A stretch of DNA of 64,000 nucleotides from Octopus sinensis (lineage: Eukaryota): contig NC_043005.1 in NCBI RefSeq assembly GCF_006345805.1, positions 14,012,001 to 14,076,000 on the forward strand, given 5' to 3'. How positions within the stretch are numbered: position 1 is the stretch's first letter; each line of letters begins with the position of its first letter. Positions 1 through 12,145 of the stretch are shown here, one piece after another. The position numbers were made by a program, and so were the translations under genes. The notes beneath the pieces are model-generated. The model did no database searches. It had not been told where the DNA came from and saw nothing but the letters and a program-made list of their open reading frames with translations.

Positions 1-330
1 TTATCTTCATTTGGGGATGCAAACATGATTTTGGAGACTGTATTTCTGGGAACATTAAACAGTTCAGTAGTTTTAGTAACCGAAATTCCAGGCATCCGCG
101 CCCCTACAATCTTTTCTCTTTGGAAATCAAACTGGTCACGCATTTTAACTTATTTAGATATAAATGTCTATAACAAGAGAAAGATAAAGGGTTATATCAC
201 GAAGTACAAAGAATACACAAAGCACATAAATACGCATATACAGACTAAAGCCATTCTGAACTTGTCTTATTGCCAATAGAAACAATAGTAAGATAAAAAG
301 TGGTGTTCCCATTATTTTAGGCAACCCCTG
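1..330. mobile_element. Terminus of a Tc1/mariner-type DNA transposon, cut by the window edge
   Basis: Reverse complement from 332 reads TA-CAGGGGTTGCCTAAAATAATGGGAACACC, a Tc1-like TIR start next to a TA (331-332). The other end is not visible. Confidence 0.5.
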
Positions 331-759
331 TATGCGTGCGCGCGCGCGTGTGTGTATCTGTGTACTTGTAGGTATATGAGATGCCGTTTGTGGAGTATAT
401 AGTAGCCGAGAAGACTTTTAACCTGTGGCAAAGGTTATTTCATGAAACCTTTCATGCACAGTCGCAGCCATAATCAAGGTCATGATTTAAAGGGGAAAAG
501 TGGACTCTAAAATGTGTTTGGACATTTCCATGTGATCTTATGCTTATTCTCACCTGAGATGGAGTTCTGACATACAAAAAAAAACAAAGACAACGGCAGC
601 GACGAACCTGAAATCATTGCCAGTAACTTGTCCAGTAACTTAGTCATTCAGCTACTGCGTTGTTCGTGTATGTCAGGGTAGAAAGACATTTAAGATGCTG
701 ACATTTAAAAAAGCATGCTATATAATCTGCCTATCACAGATAGCTGTACGTAAGTATAG

Positions 760-1140
760 TGGAGGCGCAATGGCCCAGTGGTTAGGGCAGCGGACTCGCG
801 GTCATAGGATCGCGGTTTCGATTCCCAGACCGGGCGTTGTGAGTGTTTATTGAGCGAAAACACCTAAAGCTCCACGAGGCTCCGGCAGGGGATGGTGGTG
901 ATCCCTGCTGTACTCTTTCACCTCAACTTTCTCTCACTCTTACTTCCTGTTTCTGTTGTACCTGTATTTCAAGGGGCCTTGTCACTCTCGGTGTCACGCT
1001 GAATATCCCCGAGAACTACGTTAAGGGTACACGTGTCTGTGGAGTGCTCAGCCACTTACACGTTAATTTCACGAGCAGGCTGTTCCGTTAATCGGATCAA
1101 CCGGAACCCTCGTCGTCGTAACTGACGGAGTGCTTCCACC
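760..1140 (+). mobile_element. tRNA-derived SINE, head A + tail T1, full length
   Basis: A-box-like TGGCCCAGTGG and B-box-like GTTTCGATTCC. 12-bp TSD ACGTAAGTATAG (748-759, 1141-1152). Near-identical copies at 14691, 46550, 59073. Confidence 0.9.
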
Positions 1141-1581
1141 ACGTAAGTATAGAACAGATGTTAGCGTCACTTTTCAACTGAGGAATCCAACCGTATCATG
1201 TGATTTCTAAATAGTTTGCGTGGTTGATTTTGAAGAAATTGTAGAGAACTTCTCAAATAAATGATGCAGGTGCATTCTAATGTAAACCACATAAGTATTG
1301 CAATGAAGTGGTTGAATGAGGTGGTTGACACTTCTCAGATTCCAAACCATTAGGATTCCGAGAACTTTAGTGGGTGAGTTGTTATTACTCTTATTGTTAA
1401 TAACTTGCTTTGTCAATGCTGCTTGTTTGTTTGTTGAGCGAAGCGGTCTTCGTCCCAGAGCTCGCAAGATCGCGCCTCTGTAGTGGGAGAAGTCCGAAAC
1501 GAGGTCCTTTGCTATTCGTAAGAAGAGAAAGCAGGTCAACCCCCGACACCGAGAGCATCCAGGCTCAGCGGTTGCATAAGA

Positions 1582-1761
1582 AGTTGGGGAAACAGGAAAA
1601 AAGAGTGAGAGAAAGAGTACAACAGCGGTCGTCACCACCCCTGCCGGAGCTTTTAGGTGCTTTCGCGCAATAAACACACACAACGCCCGGTCTGGGAATC
1701 GAAATCGCGATCCTCCGACCGCGAGTCCGCTGCCCTAACCACTGGGCCATTGCGCCTCCAC
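1582..1761 (-). mobile_element. SINE head A, 3'-truncated
   Basis: Reverse complement of the first ~180 bp of the 760-1140 copy. Confidence 0.85.
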
Positions 1762-2624
1762 TGTCAATGCTGCTGTTGTTTGCGGTGTTATCTATTATCT
1801 GTTTAAGACCCTGAACTGCTGTCTGTCTGGTTTCATCGCTGCTACTATCTTCAACATCGCTGATTAAAGTGTTGGGTTTGAGTGGTGGTGCAGCTACCTA
1901 ACTTAAACTTTACTGCTCCTGTCACTCGAATGAGTGGAGGAAATTGGTATACTGCTTTCTTGTTTGCTATTTTACTTGAAGAAAGGATTGCCTACATGAA
2001 GCAATAGAATCACCAACACAATAAACCGATTACGATTTCTGTAGCATACTAACGGGAAAATAAATGGCTTTAAATGAACAGTCGACAAAAAAAAATTAAA
2101 GAAACGCACGAAATGCTATGAAATCATGATTCACGAGACAGCGATATGAATGATATTATAACTTTATTCAAACCATATTTCACTGACTTTCAGCTTTTGT
2201 TCAAATATTAATAACAATTTAGCGCAAGATGACATGACTTATGCACTTAAAGTAATTAATTTTGCCTCAATATAAAAAAATTCTATTTCAGTCGATGTAA
2301 TATCATAGGTTATACGTCAGACTAATATCATTAGTGTTACGAGAAATCGATATTATTGTTATTAGCATTATATCATAAAGTGTTCAGGCTATGAATTCTT
2401 TTGTGCTAATTTTCCTGACGCCTTTATCGAAGTTATTCCATTAATGTGCGATATCAAAAGCCTGGGGAAAGACAGCAAGCCAGAAGCTGGAGCGTATCTG
2501 TTAATGATTGAATGCCAGTCAGTCGAGTAGCCCTCCCCTGGTTGCAGTCCCAGATTTTTGTGTGCGTAGTGGTAGCATCATCCCAGTTGTGGGAGCAATA
2601 CTCCCTTGCATAGTTCGCTTCAGC

Positions 2625-2876
2625 TGTGGATGCGTGGCTTAGTGATTAGGAATGTTGGACTCATGATCGTAAGATTGCGGTTTCAATTCCTGGACCAGGC
2701 AACGCCTTGTGTTCTTGAGCAAATCACTTCATTTTATGTTGTTCCAGTCCACTCAGTTGGCAAAAATTAGTAATCCTGCGATGGACCGGCCTCTCGTCCA
2801 GGTAGGAAATTTATTCGCTATGAAAACTGGGAAACCGACCATTATGAGTCGTCATGACTCGAGAAGGTAGCTTAAC
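2625..2876 (+). mobile_element. tRNA-derived SINE, head B + tail T2 (CCTGCGATGGAC motif, V/Meta-domain-like)
   Basis: tRNA-like head, then TTGTGTTCTTGAGCAAA..CCAGTCCACTCAG, then CCTGCGATGGACCGGCCTCTCGTCCAGG. Homologous to 38025-38264. Confidence 0.75.
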
Positions 2877-3198
2877 TTCACTCTTTTTTTTTTCGCTTGA
2901 GCTGCTGTTGGAAGCCGAAATATTTTCTGCCTTGATTAGAAGGTCCAGACTATGTCAAGAAAGATCATCGGTGATAGTGAAGCTCAATATTTGGGGCGAC
3001 CGTGAGAGACCTACGTGCTGTTCATGTTTAGTGCGTGTCGTGCCCGATATTTTCTTCATGTGTATCGAAAGGATGACTCTACATATATATCAAGAAATCT
3101 TCACCTCGTTGAAGTTTGTTCTGAAAGCTCCCGTTCAAAGAATCAATGCAGGTTTTGTGTGAGTTGTCTAGGCTGTGTGTGAATGATTCATGGCTGGA

Positions 3199-3429
3199 GG
3201 CGGCGAGCTGGCAGAACCGTTAGCACGCCGGGCGAAATGCGTAGCAGTATTTCGTCTGCCGATACGTTCTGAGTTCAAATTCCGCCGAGGTCGACTTTGC
3301 CTTTCATCCTTTCCAGGTCGATAAATTAAGTACCAGTTACGTACTGGGGTTGATGTAATCGACTTAATCCGCTTGTCTGTCCTTGTTTGTCCCCTCTGTG
3401 TTAAGCCCCTTGTGGGTAGTAAAGAAACA
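3199..3429 (+). mobile_element. SINE family C1, full length
   Basis: GGCGGCGAGCTGGCAGAA head with GAGTTCAAATTCC B-box-like motif. 14-bp TSD GATTCATGG(C/T)TGGA (3185-3198, 3430-3443). Confidence 0.9.
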
Positions 3430-3770
3430 GATTCATGGTTGGAGAACGTTAGAGAGGAATGGAGGGTAATATCTAATAAGAGTGAGAGTTATCTAATTTG
3501 AATTGTCTGAGGAGGCAACAATCTTTTAGCTACGGTACTTGACCGGTCTATTTCAATCTACTTTTTTATGAGATGCACCTTAATTCTCAATCCTGGTTTC
3601 TTGACGCACAGCTTCTCAAGACTGATGCAGAGACAGCTTGATGCGTACCCTAATGTTAAAGTAATTATTGGTAATAATCTAAAGTTATAGCCTCGGTGGA
3701 TGAATTGCAGATTTCTCACTTCATCATAGTTTTCCACTAATCTTTAAATGTTATCCTGAAAGTATTTGTT

Positions 3771-4248
3771 TGTATGTATGTATGTATGTATGTATGTATG
3801 TATGTATGTATGTATGTATGTATGTATGTATGTATGTATGTATGTATGTATGTATGTATGTATGTATGTATGTATGTATGTATGTATGTATGTATGTATG
3901 TATGTATGTATGTATGTATGTATGTATGTATGTATGTATGTATGTATGTATGTATGTATGTATGTATGTATGTATGTATGTATGATGTATGTATGTATGT
4001 ATGTATGTATGTATGTATGTGTATGTATGTATGTATGTATGTATGTAGTATGTATGTATGTATGTATGTATGTATGTATGTATGTATGTATGTATGTATG
4101 TATGTATGTATGTATGTATGTATGTATGTATGTATGTATGTATGTATGTATGTATGTATGTATGTATGTATGTATGTATGTATGTATGTACGTATGTACG
4201 TATGTACGTATGTACGTACGTACGTATGTATGTATGTATGTATGTATG
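3771..4248. repeat. (TGTA)n microsatellite, ~480 bp
   Basis: Direct reading. Further (TGTA)n at 4358-4440 and 4788-4955. Confidence 0.98.
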
Positions 4249-4404
4249 TCATTATTCAGTTTTATTTCAAGATTTCTTGCCAGTAGAGAAAGAGCCGGTT
4301 TCTAACCTGGTTCTTTCATTGGAATTTCAACATGAACAACTGGGTATTTTTGTTTGTACGTATGTATGTATGTATGTATGTATGTATGTATGTATGTATG
4401 TATG

Positions 4405-4435
<31 letters not shown>

Positions 4436-4440
4436 TGTAT

Positions 4441-4787
4441 GTGCGCGGAGACATAGAAATAATCGGACTGAATACCCGATCGCGCGGTTAAGCCATTGGG
4501 AGTGAAGGACTCCTAGCCTTTGTTAGGGCATCCTTCTAGGAGAAGGTAACTCAGGTAACTGGGATAACTCCGATATAAAACCTGCGACTCAGTGGTTACC
4601 GATGATGTTGACTTGTTCTTCTTTTCGGATTATGGCTGCTGTTGCTTAGTGAATGGGATTGACTCAGTGAACAGCCTTTCCTCACTTTAAAAAAAAATCT
4701 TCTTGCACAAGCATTGCACGATAACAACATTGATTAAGCTTCGTGCAATGGCCATACTCGATAACGAGGGGGCAGTCACCATGCATT
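4441..4787 (+). mobile_element. Bipartite non-autonomous RTE derivative (5' region + 3' end of family Y)
   Basis: 4441-4715 matches the reverse complement of 36430-36710. 4735-4787 (AATGGCCATACTCGATAACGAGGGGGCAG) matches the reverse complement of 35361-35420. (TGTA)n on both sides. Confidence 0.8.
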
Positions 4788-5227
4788 TATGTATGTATGT
4801 ATGTATGTATGTATGTATGTATGTATGTATGTATGTATGTATGCATGTATGTATGTATGAATGTATGTATGCATGCATGTATGTATGTATGTATGTATGT
4901 ATGTATGTATGTATGTATGTATGTATGTATGTATGTATGCATGCATGTATGTATGTATTATATATATATGCAGATTTGTATTTTTACAGTTCCAGAGATG
5001 GATTGGATCTGTAGTCTTCGAACTAGCTTTCTCCTCTCTGGTTTTGCGAAGCTAATTTCTCAAGATTGGTATTTAGGCAAAGTGTTACATATCCCAGTGC
5101 TCCAATAATTACAGGTATAAACCTGAACTTGTACTCTGGATAGAGTAACTGTTTGTACGAATGTATGTATGCATGAATATCCGTATGCATGTGTGCGTGC
5201 GTTTGTGTATGGATGTGCGTGCGTTTG

Positions 5228-5258
<31 letters not shown>

Positions 5259-5713
5259 GTATGTGTGTGCACGTGTGCGTGTGTGTGTATGCATGTACGC
5301 ATTCATGTAAGCGTTTATGTATGCATTATCTTAGTGGCATGTTTTACATTTTGAAAGAAAAGATTAATTATTGATAAATATAACTACGAATATAACAGAG
5401 TAATGTACGAATATTATATACAAATCCTCTGTTGAAGAGAGGTTACTTTTATTCAAGGAGGAGGAAAGGCAACTATCCATAACTTCCATTCTGGCTCTCA
5501 GAGACTGGTCGGAGGAACGGAAGAAGTTATCCTCAAACTCTGTTAAAGAAATCCGCAACCAGATGGTATGGGTTAAACTGCACGACGGATAAGTTTATCC
5601 TCAAAAGCAAGAGATGGGGTTCTCTCTGGTGGGCTTACAATTTACGTCTGCCTAATTTTACTCCCAGGTCTATGATGGAAGATACTTGTCCAATGTGTCA
5701 TGTGTTGATTAAA

Positions 5714-6310
5714 CCTATTTCTTTACTACCCACAGGGGCTAAACACAGAGAGGACAAACAAGGACAGACAAACTGATTTGGCCGATTATATCGACCCCAG
5801 TGCGTAAATGGTACTTAATTTATTGACCCCGAAAGGATGAAAGGCAAAGTCGACCTCGGCGGAATTTGAACTCAGAACGTAACGGCAGACGAAATACCTA
5901 TTTCTTTATTACCCACAAGGGGCTAAACACAGAGGGGACAAACAAGGACAGACAAACTGATTTGGCCGATTATATCGACCCCAGTGCGTAAATGGTACTT
6001 AATTTATTGACCCCGAAAGGATGAAAGGCAAAGTCGACCTCGGCGGAATTTGAACTCAGAACGTAACGGCAGACGAAATACCTATTTCTTTATTACCCAC
6101 AAGGGGCTAAACACAGAGGGGACAAACAAGGACAGACATAGGTATTAAGTCGATTACATCGACCCCAGTGCGTAACTGGTACTTAATTTATCGACCCCGA
6201 AAGGATGAAAGGCAACGTCGACCTCGGCGGAATTTGAACTCACAACGTAACGCAGACGAAATACCGCTAAGCACTTCGCCCGGCTAGCTAAGGTTTCTGC
6301 CGGCTCGCCC
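5714..6310 (-). repeat. Tandem trimer of SINE C1 (period ~184 bp, one head)
   Basis: Units start at 5714, 5897 and 6081. Only the 6081 unit continues into the head sequence (to ~6310). Confidence 0.9.
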
Positions 6311-8109
6311 GTAAGTCACATAGTTGTGAAGCAAACAGCTTAACTACACAGTTATGCTTACGTTTATTTAGAAATTAGAATTTTTATGATAGCTGAGCCA
6401 TTCCCCTTCAGCCGACAGCATTCCTTTCAATAAACGTCGGATATGTGCTAACTAATGTACTTGTCGCATCTATGTGCGCGTTTACGTGTGTATGCGTGTG
6501 TTTATATTTAAGTCTATGCGTGTAGGAGCGTTGTCATGTTATGTATTCGTAGACCATTGCGAACACAAACTGGTTTTAAAAAGCTATTATATTATTACAG
6601 TATCCAATTGTTAACGAGTAGGTTTCTGCTTTCAATGTGTTCCACTATTTATTCAACCCACACAAAGGTAACTGGTACATAAACCCAGTTGCCCTTAAGC
6701 TTAGGTTGTTTTATCCCTTATAGTCAACATCCAGTCAGTAAAAGACATGGTATGTGGCACGGATCACAACTACCATCAACCAGATCTATCGTAAAATATA
6801 ACAAGATATAATTTCTTTGAATGTATATTATATCTTTAAAAATAATAATACTGTAGAAACTTCACGTTGATTTTTTTTTTTTTTTTTTTTTTCGCTTCCC
6901 GATATTGTATGAAGTGGACAAAGGAAATAGTCCAGTGCTGACAAAGATTAAGATGGTAGGGTGGAAGGAACTGAGAAGCCCCGTACTAAATATATCTTGT
7001 CCTACTTACCGATATTTCAGAGATCGGAACCTTGGTGTGATTCAAAGCGACTATAGCAATAAGCACGAATATAACTTGGTGGTGGTGGTGGTGGTGGTGG
7101 TGGTGGGAGGGGGCGGAGTGGCAGTAACACTGGTGTCAGCTCAGATGAAGCATATAAATGACCAAAAAGTATTTCGTCCTCAACCATGCTGTCTTTCTGG
7201 GCGGGATGGTTACGGACGAATAGAAAGCTTGGTGATATTCTTTCTGGCTCTCGACATCATTCTACAGAGTCGAAATCAATTTTGCCTTTCATGCCACCTG
7301 GGCCGATAAAATAACAATTCTTTTACTTGAATCGATTCTTCTCTCCCTTTATCTCTCTCTCTCTCTTCTTCTTCTTCTCTATTTCTCTCTCCCTACTTTT
7401 GGGGGTTTAGTTATGGGTTGTTTGTGATTAGAGATGATGTATTACTGTGAAACTACGAGATTATCTAATTTTTTACCGTAAATAATGAGGTGAAGAACAA
7501 CGCACCTGACACTATTTTTTTCATAGCCTTTGAAAATGATGGGAACCAGAGAGGAAATTGTTTTCAAACCAGAGACCCAGTCTGAATGTTTGCATTAGAA
7601 CGAACTCCATTAATGAAGCACCCGAGAACTTGGTGGTGATGTTGAAGTGGATGGCAGTTTTTAGTGCTGTTGAAGAAACTTGATTGCCATATCTCCAATA
7701 GGGAACGTTTTCGAGCTTTCTGTCTCACGGAAGCAATGATAGTTATATATGAAGTGTCTGAAACGTCTCGTGTGTGCGAAACGTTAATGAAGCGGGAAAC
7801 GATTATATTATCCCTGTAAGAGCGTCTGTGATTTTTAAAAAAATCGTTAATGTATACTTGAAAGATGTTAGTAAACATCTGCAGCGGTCTAACGAGAAAC
7901 TTCAAACCCAACAGATAAGTGATTGCTTGAACCTAATCAGGCAACATCGCTAGGCAATTTGAGCCAGCCACCATCTAACGCTTCGCAAGTATGAAGAGAA
8001 ATAGCACTGCTTTCTCCGGAGTGCTCGAGGAGAGGGCGGTGATGCATGAATTGTGAAAGAGGTTTTATTATAATATGCATCGGCAGAAGTTGTACTGATG
8101 GTTACTAAA

Positions 8110-8645
8110 AAAATCGAACACGCTGAATAGAGTTGGAGCAAGGAAAGAAACCTGTTTCATCCGTTGGAAAAAAAAAGAAAGGCTCTGAGGTCTGCACATT
8201 ATCTTGAACTCTTGCCTGCATGTCATTGTTTAGCTGTCGTACAACGCTGATAAATTTCCTGAGGCACTTGCATTTACCATAATTCTTTAAAAGCCTTTTA
8301 TATTTACAGGGTCGAAAGCTTCGAGCAGATCGACGCAGGTGAATTACAAGTCGGCATTCTGTTTCTCTCGGAGCTGTCAAGCAGCAAACTTCGTATCGAT
8401 GGTCCCACGTCCTTTCTGAAAGCCTCTTCTCTGGTATACGATGAGGTGACTGAATTGTACTTTGGCCAGAATCTTCTCTGCGATGGAATGTGAGGGAAAT
8501 TCCACAATAGTTTCCTTTACGTTTGTAAAGATGTTTGCACACTAAATGTCTTCAGGAACAATCTCATGCCCTCAAATGAGTTGGAAGAGTTCGTGTGGCT
8601 TCTCAGTCAGAGGTTAACCCATATTCCTTATAGATTTCAGCTGAA
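8110..8645 (-). pseudogene. RTE/BovB-clade reverse transcriptase fragment, frameshifted
   Basis: Pieces AEIYK, HLYKRKGN..GISL, KFISVVRQLNNDMQARVQDNVQTSEPF and APTLFS match the RTE RT domain pattern. Confidence 0.8.
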
Positions 8646-8960
8646 ATAGTTAAGTGGTTTGCTGGTGAATACTAGATATATTGCTTTCTGTAATTCTCAT
8701 AATCTCACAATGATACACCACCCCTACTCACGAACAGCACATAACTAAACTCGCTCTCTGGCCCTCATCTGAATGGCAATTTTCTTTAACAATGTATTTC
8801 CGTGAATTGATGTGTTTTCCATCGTTTGGTACGTTAGTTTCTTTCAAATCTCAACAAACACATCCAACTGGCAGTTTTCACTGTTCAAATAAGTATTTTT
8901 TTCTTTTTCCTTTTTTTTTTGTTGTCATTGCTAATAGTTGTTGTTGTTGCTAATATCCGT

Positions 8961-9005
<45 letters not shown>

Positions 9006-9857
9006 CACGTACCATTAGCAGATGATTAGGAAGAAGAATGTGAATTATCCCTCTTTATTCAGTCCACAAATTCAAGCAGAGTTGTTGGAGCGCTTTAAAA
9101 ATCACTTATTTGGATAAATTCACAGTAAAAATTCTGTACAGCGCTTCACCCTCACCATCTAAAGAATTGTATATCTAGCTATGGCTTTTCTCTCCATTTC
9201 TCTCCAAGTAATTTCCAAGCCAGATAAGTGGTATAATTTCTGTTAAAAGGTTCTTTTAACAGAAATTATACAATTTCTGTTAAGAGATTCTTTTTTGTAT
9301 GATCTATTTTCTATTTGACACTGAGATTATCTTTCTTGAATTGCTCTCAATATAAACACAGATGAAGGCGGCGAGCTGATAAAATCGTTAGCACGACGGG
9401 AAAATACTAAGCAGCAGGGCGTCTAGAAATGTTTAGGTGGGTGGATAGCAAAATTATATAGCAGTTCTGGTATGCATTGACCTATCACATGAGATAAAGT
9501 GTCGTTGTTTGACTAAGTCGTTTCGTTCGTCTAAGTTAAGTTAAATTTACATACTACTGCTTATAAAGGTGGGAGGAGGGAAGCAGATTCAAGTAATGTT
9601 TCTTTCTGTTTTACTCACAATGTGTCCAATAGTACAAGTTAGTCATGGCGGGAGCTGCCACCTAATGACGAAAAATCAAGCCTCAGGTTGTTGTTATTGT
9701 TGTTGTACAGGTCAAACCTGATCAAGCATATCTATATTCAAAAGTACTCCAGTCACGACCATCCCACCTTTTTTAAGAGTATTACGACATCATCTGGTGC
9801 GTTCTGTTCTTCTATAGAGCTGTAGGGCGTGATTTGAGAGATATGGTAACTGTTATT

Positions 9858-10092
9858 TCTTATTTCTTTACTGTCCACAAGGGGCTATACACAGAGGGGA
9901 CAAACAAGGACAGACAAACGGATTAAGTCTATTATATCGACCCCAGTGTGTAACTGGTACTTATTTACTCGACCCCGAAAGGATGAAAGGCAAAGTCGAC
10001 CTCGGCGGAATTTGAACTCAGAACGTAAAGGCAGACGAAATACTGCAAAGCATTTCGCCCCGGCGTGCTAACGTTTCTGCCAGCTCGCCGTT
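9858..10092 (-). mobile_element. SINE C1
   Basis: Reverse complement of the 3199-3429 type sequence. Confidence 0.88.
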
Positions 10093-10143
10093 ACGATTAA
10101 AACATGCATACGCACATACACACATATATATAAATATACACAC

Positions 10144-10202
<59 letters not shown>

Positions 10203-10404
10203 CGTACATACACACGCGTATATATACATATATACATACACACGTACACACATACATACATACATACATACATACATACATACGTACATACATTCATACA
10301 TACATACACACAATGAGAGAGGGGAAAGAGGAGAGAGAGGCGTAGCTATGTAGTATGAAGTTTGCTTCACAACCACATGGTTACGGATTCAGCAAATGTC
10401 TTCT

Positions 10405-10720
10405 ACCATAGCCGCTTGCTGCTGCTTCGTCTCAGGGCCGTGCCCGGAGATCGAACTCTCCTCACGGCGGATGACTTCCTAAGTTTAACGCAAAATTTCA
10501 CGCTGGCTTTTTGTTCCAACTTCCTGCCCATGACAAAAATTCGCAGACTACAGCAAACACAAATCGCAAATTCCATGACTTGCGGAGTAAACACAACAAT
10601 GTCACTAGAAACATTGTCTCATGAAGATTGCTGCTAGATCTCACTGCGCACACAACCGTGTGCTGCTATCTGTTGGCACGCAACAGAACTAGTCCGGGGA
10701 TTTCTTGATACCACCTCATT
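10405..10720 (-). mobile_element. mariner remnant (5' TIR, transposase start, internal deletion)
   Basis: Minus strand ATGAGGTGGTATCAAGAAATCCCCGGACT is TIR-like. MGRKLEQKASVKFCVKLRKS resembles a mariner HTH start and jumps to PETKQQ (cf. DESW..YDPETKQQS). Confidence 0.7.
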
Positions 10721-10724
10721 TATA

Positions 10725-10758
<34 letters not shown>

Positions 10759-10764
<6 letters not shown>

Positions 10765-11100
10765 GGCGCATAGCTCAGTGGTTAGAGCATCGAGCTTACG
10801 ATCGTGAGGTTGTGAGTTCGATTCCCGGACCGGGCTGCGTGTTGTGTTCTTGAGCAAGACACTTTATTTCACGTTACTCCAGTTCACTCAGGTCTAGAAA
10901 TGAGTTGCAATGTCACAGGTGCCAAGCTGTATTGGCCTTTGCCTTTCCCTTGGATAACATCAGAGGCATGGAGAGGGGAAGCTGGTATGCATGGGTGACT
11001 GCTGGCCTTCCATAAACAACCTTACCCAGACTTGTGCCTCGGAGGATAACTTACTCGGTGCAATCCCATGGTCATTCATGACCGAAGAGGGTCTCCTCCT
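10759..11100 (+). mobile_element. tRNA-derived SINE, head B + tail T3
   Basis: A/B boxes (TAGCTCAGTGG, GAGTTCGATTCC). Homologous to the reverse complement of 15652-15990. Confidence 0.85.
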
Positions 11101-11102
11101 CC

Positions 11103-11155
<53 letters not shown>

Positions 11156-11158
<3 letters not shown>

Positions 11159-11395
11159 ATTCGAGACAAAACCACTATTTTAAAACCAAACAAGGAAAGA
11201 CTTAATCAATACATAAAATTTTAATATAAATTAAATAAACCGCCACTAAATAGTGGTTTTGTCTCGAATTATATTATATAATATTTTACTATAAAATTAT
11301 ATTATATAATATTTTACTATAAAATTTTACTATAAAATTGGATTTAACCCTAAATCTGATTTTTCCCTGTAATTTTGGATTCATTCCCTAATATG
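11156..11395. repeat. Family H dispersed repeat with a 25-bp perfect inverted repeat
   Basis: ATAATTCGAGACAAAACCACTATTT (11156-11180) pairs with 11248-11272. The distal part is homologous to ~30790-30890. Confidence 0.65.
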
Positions 11396-12062
11396 GTGAG
11401 GATCAGTGTCTGTGTTTATGTACATAGATAGGTTTAAGGTTATGTGTGTGTTGTGTGTCTCGCTGCAAGCATTATAGTCCTTGGGAGATTAGGTATAACG
11501 CATTTAAATAGGAAACGAGTTAGCAGAAATTTTTTAACATCGGATAGACTACCTTGTGGTACTTATCCTGACTATCTGTGCTCCGAGTTCAAATAACACT
11601 GAGGTCAGCACTGAGGGTCATCCTTTCGGGATAAATGAAGTAAAGCAAAAGAATACTTATCCAGGCTGATGAAATGGGGACACTGTAATATGCAATGTTT
11701 GTTCTGACTTATTGCGTTCCAAATCCAGTCCTACTGTGACCTACCTGGGCGGTAGATTTAGTTCACCTGGTTTTCACGACATTTATTATTACAAAATAGC
11801 CATTAACTGAATTCATTCTTTCCCCAGGTAACATTCGACCAATGAAATTTGGGGTTACATCCTGAAACAGAAATGCAAACCAGTTTTCATTTACCGTCTT
11901 TTCAGCGATTGACAATTAACGCCGCTGGCACTATATACGGTCTTTGTAGACACAAGTATAATGAATGTGTGTGTAAAGCAACTCACCGAATTAACGAGAT
12001 TTAATTTAGAGAAGCAGTAACATCTTTATTGTCAGTTCTTAACCACAACGCCATATTCCCAC

Positions 12063-12127
12063 GGACATATGGCGTAGTGATTACTACTAACCCCAAGATT
12101 TCGAGTTCGATTCCAGGCAGTGACCTG
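12063..12127 (+). mobile_element. tRNA-like head of putative element F
   Basis: TGGCGTAGTGA (A-box-like) and GAGTTCGATTCC (B-box-like), followed directly by (AAT)n. Confidence 0.6.
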
Positions 12128-12145
12128 AATAATAATAATAATAAT

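Noticed and set aside
760-840. tRNA-like heads as real tRNA genes (all A, B, C, D, F heads)
   Set aside because: They run into SINE bodies, lack clean cloverleaf or terminator features, and several have TSDs.
1478-1510. GAAACGAGGTC resembling hammerhead helix III
   Set aside because: No CTGANGA core upstream.
3737-5374. Long ORFs of MYVC/TYIH type (also 37076-41294, 42838-43351, 45874-46480)
   Set aside because: They are translations of stop-free microsatellites, not genes.
5410-5592. Protein-like open frame (IYKSSVEERLLLF...IRNQM) with possible GTATGG donor
   Set aside because: No usable acceptor in frame, an upstream stop, and no recognised homology.
5714-6310. CRISPR-like or satellite array
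   Set aside because: The units are whole SINE bodies with no unique spacers, in eukaryotic context.
7564-7911. 115-aa ORF, with a faint hAT-dimerisation-like stretch in another frame
   Set aside because: Similarity is too weak and stop-ridden to call.
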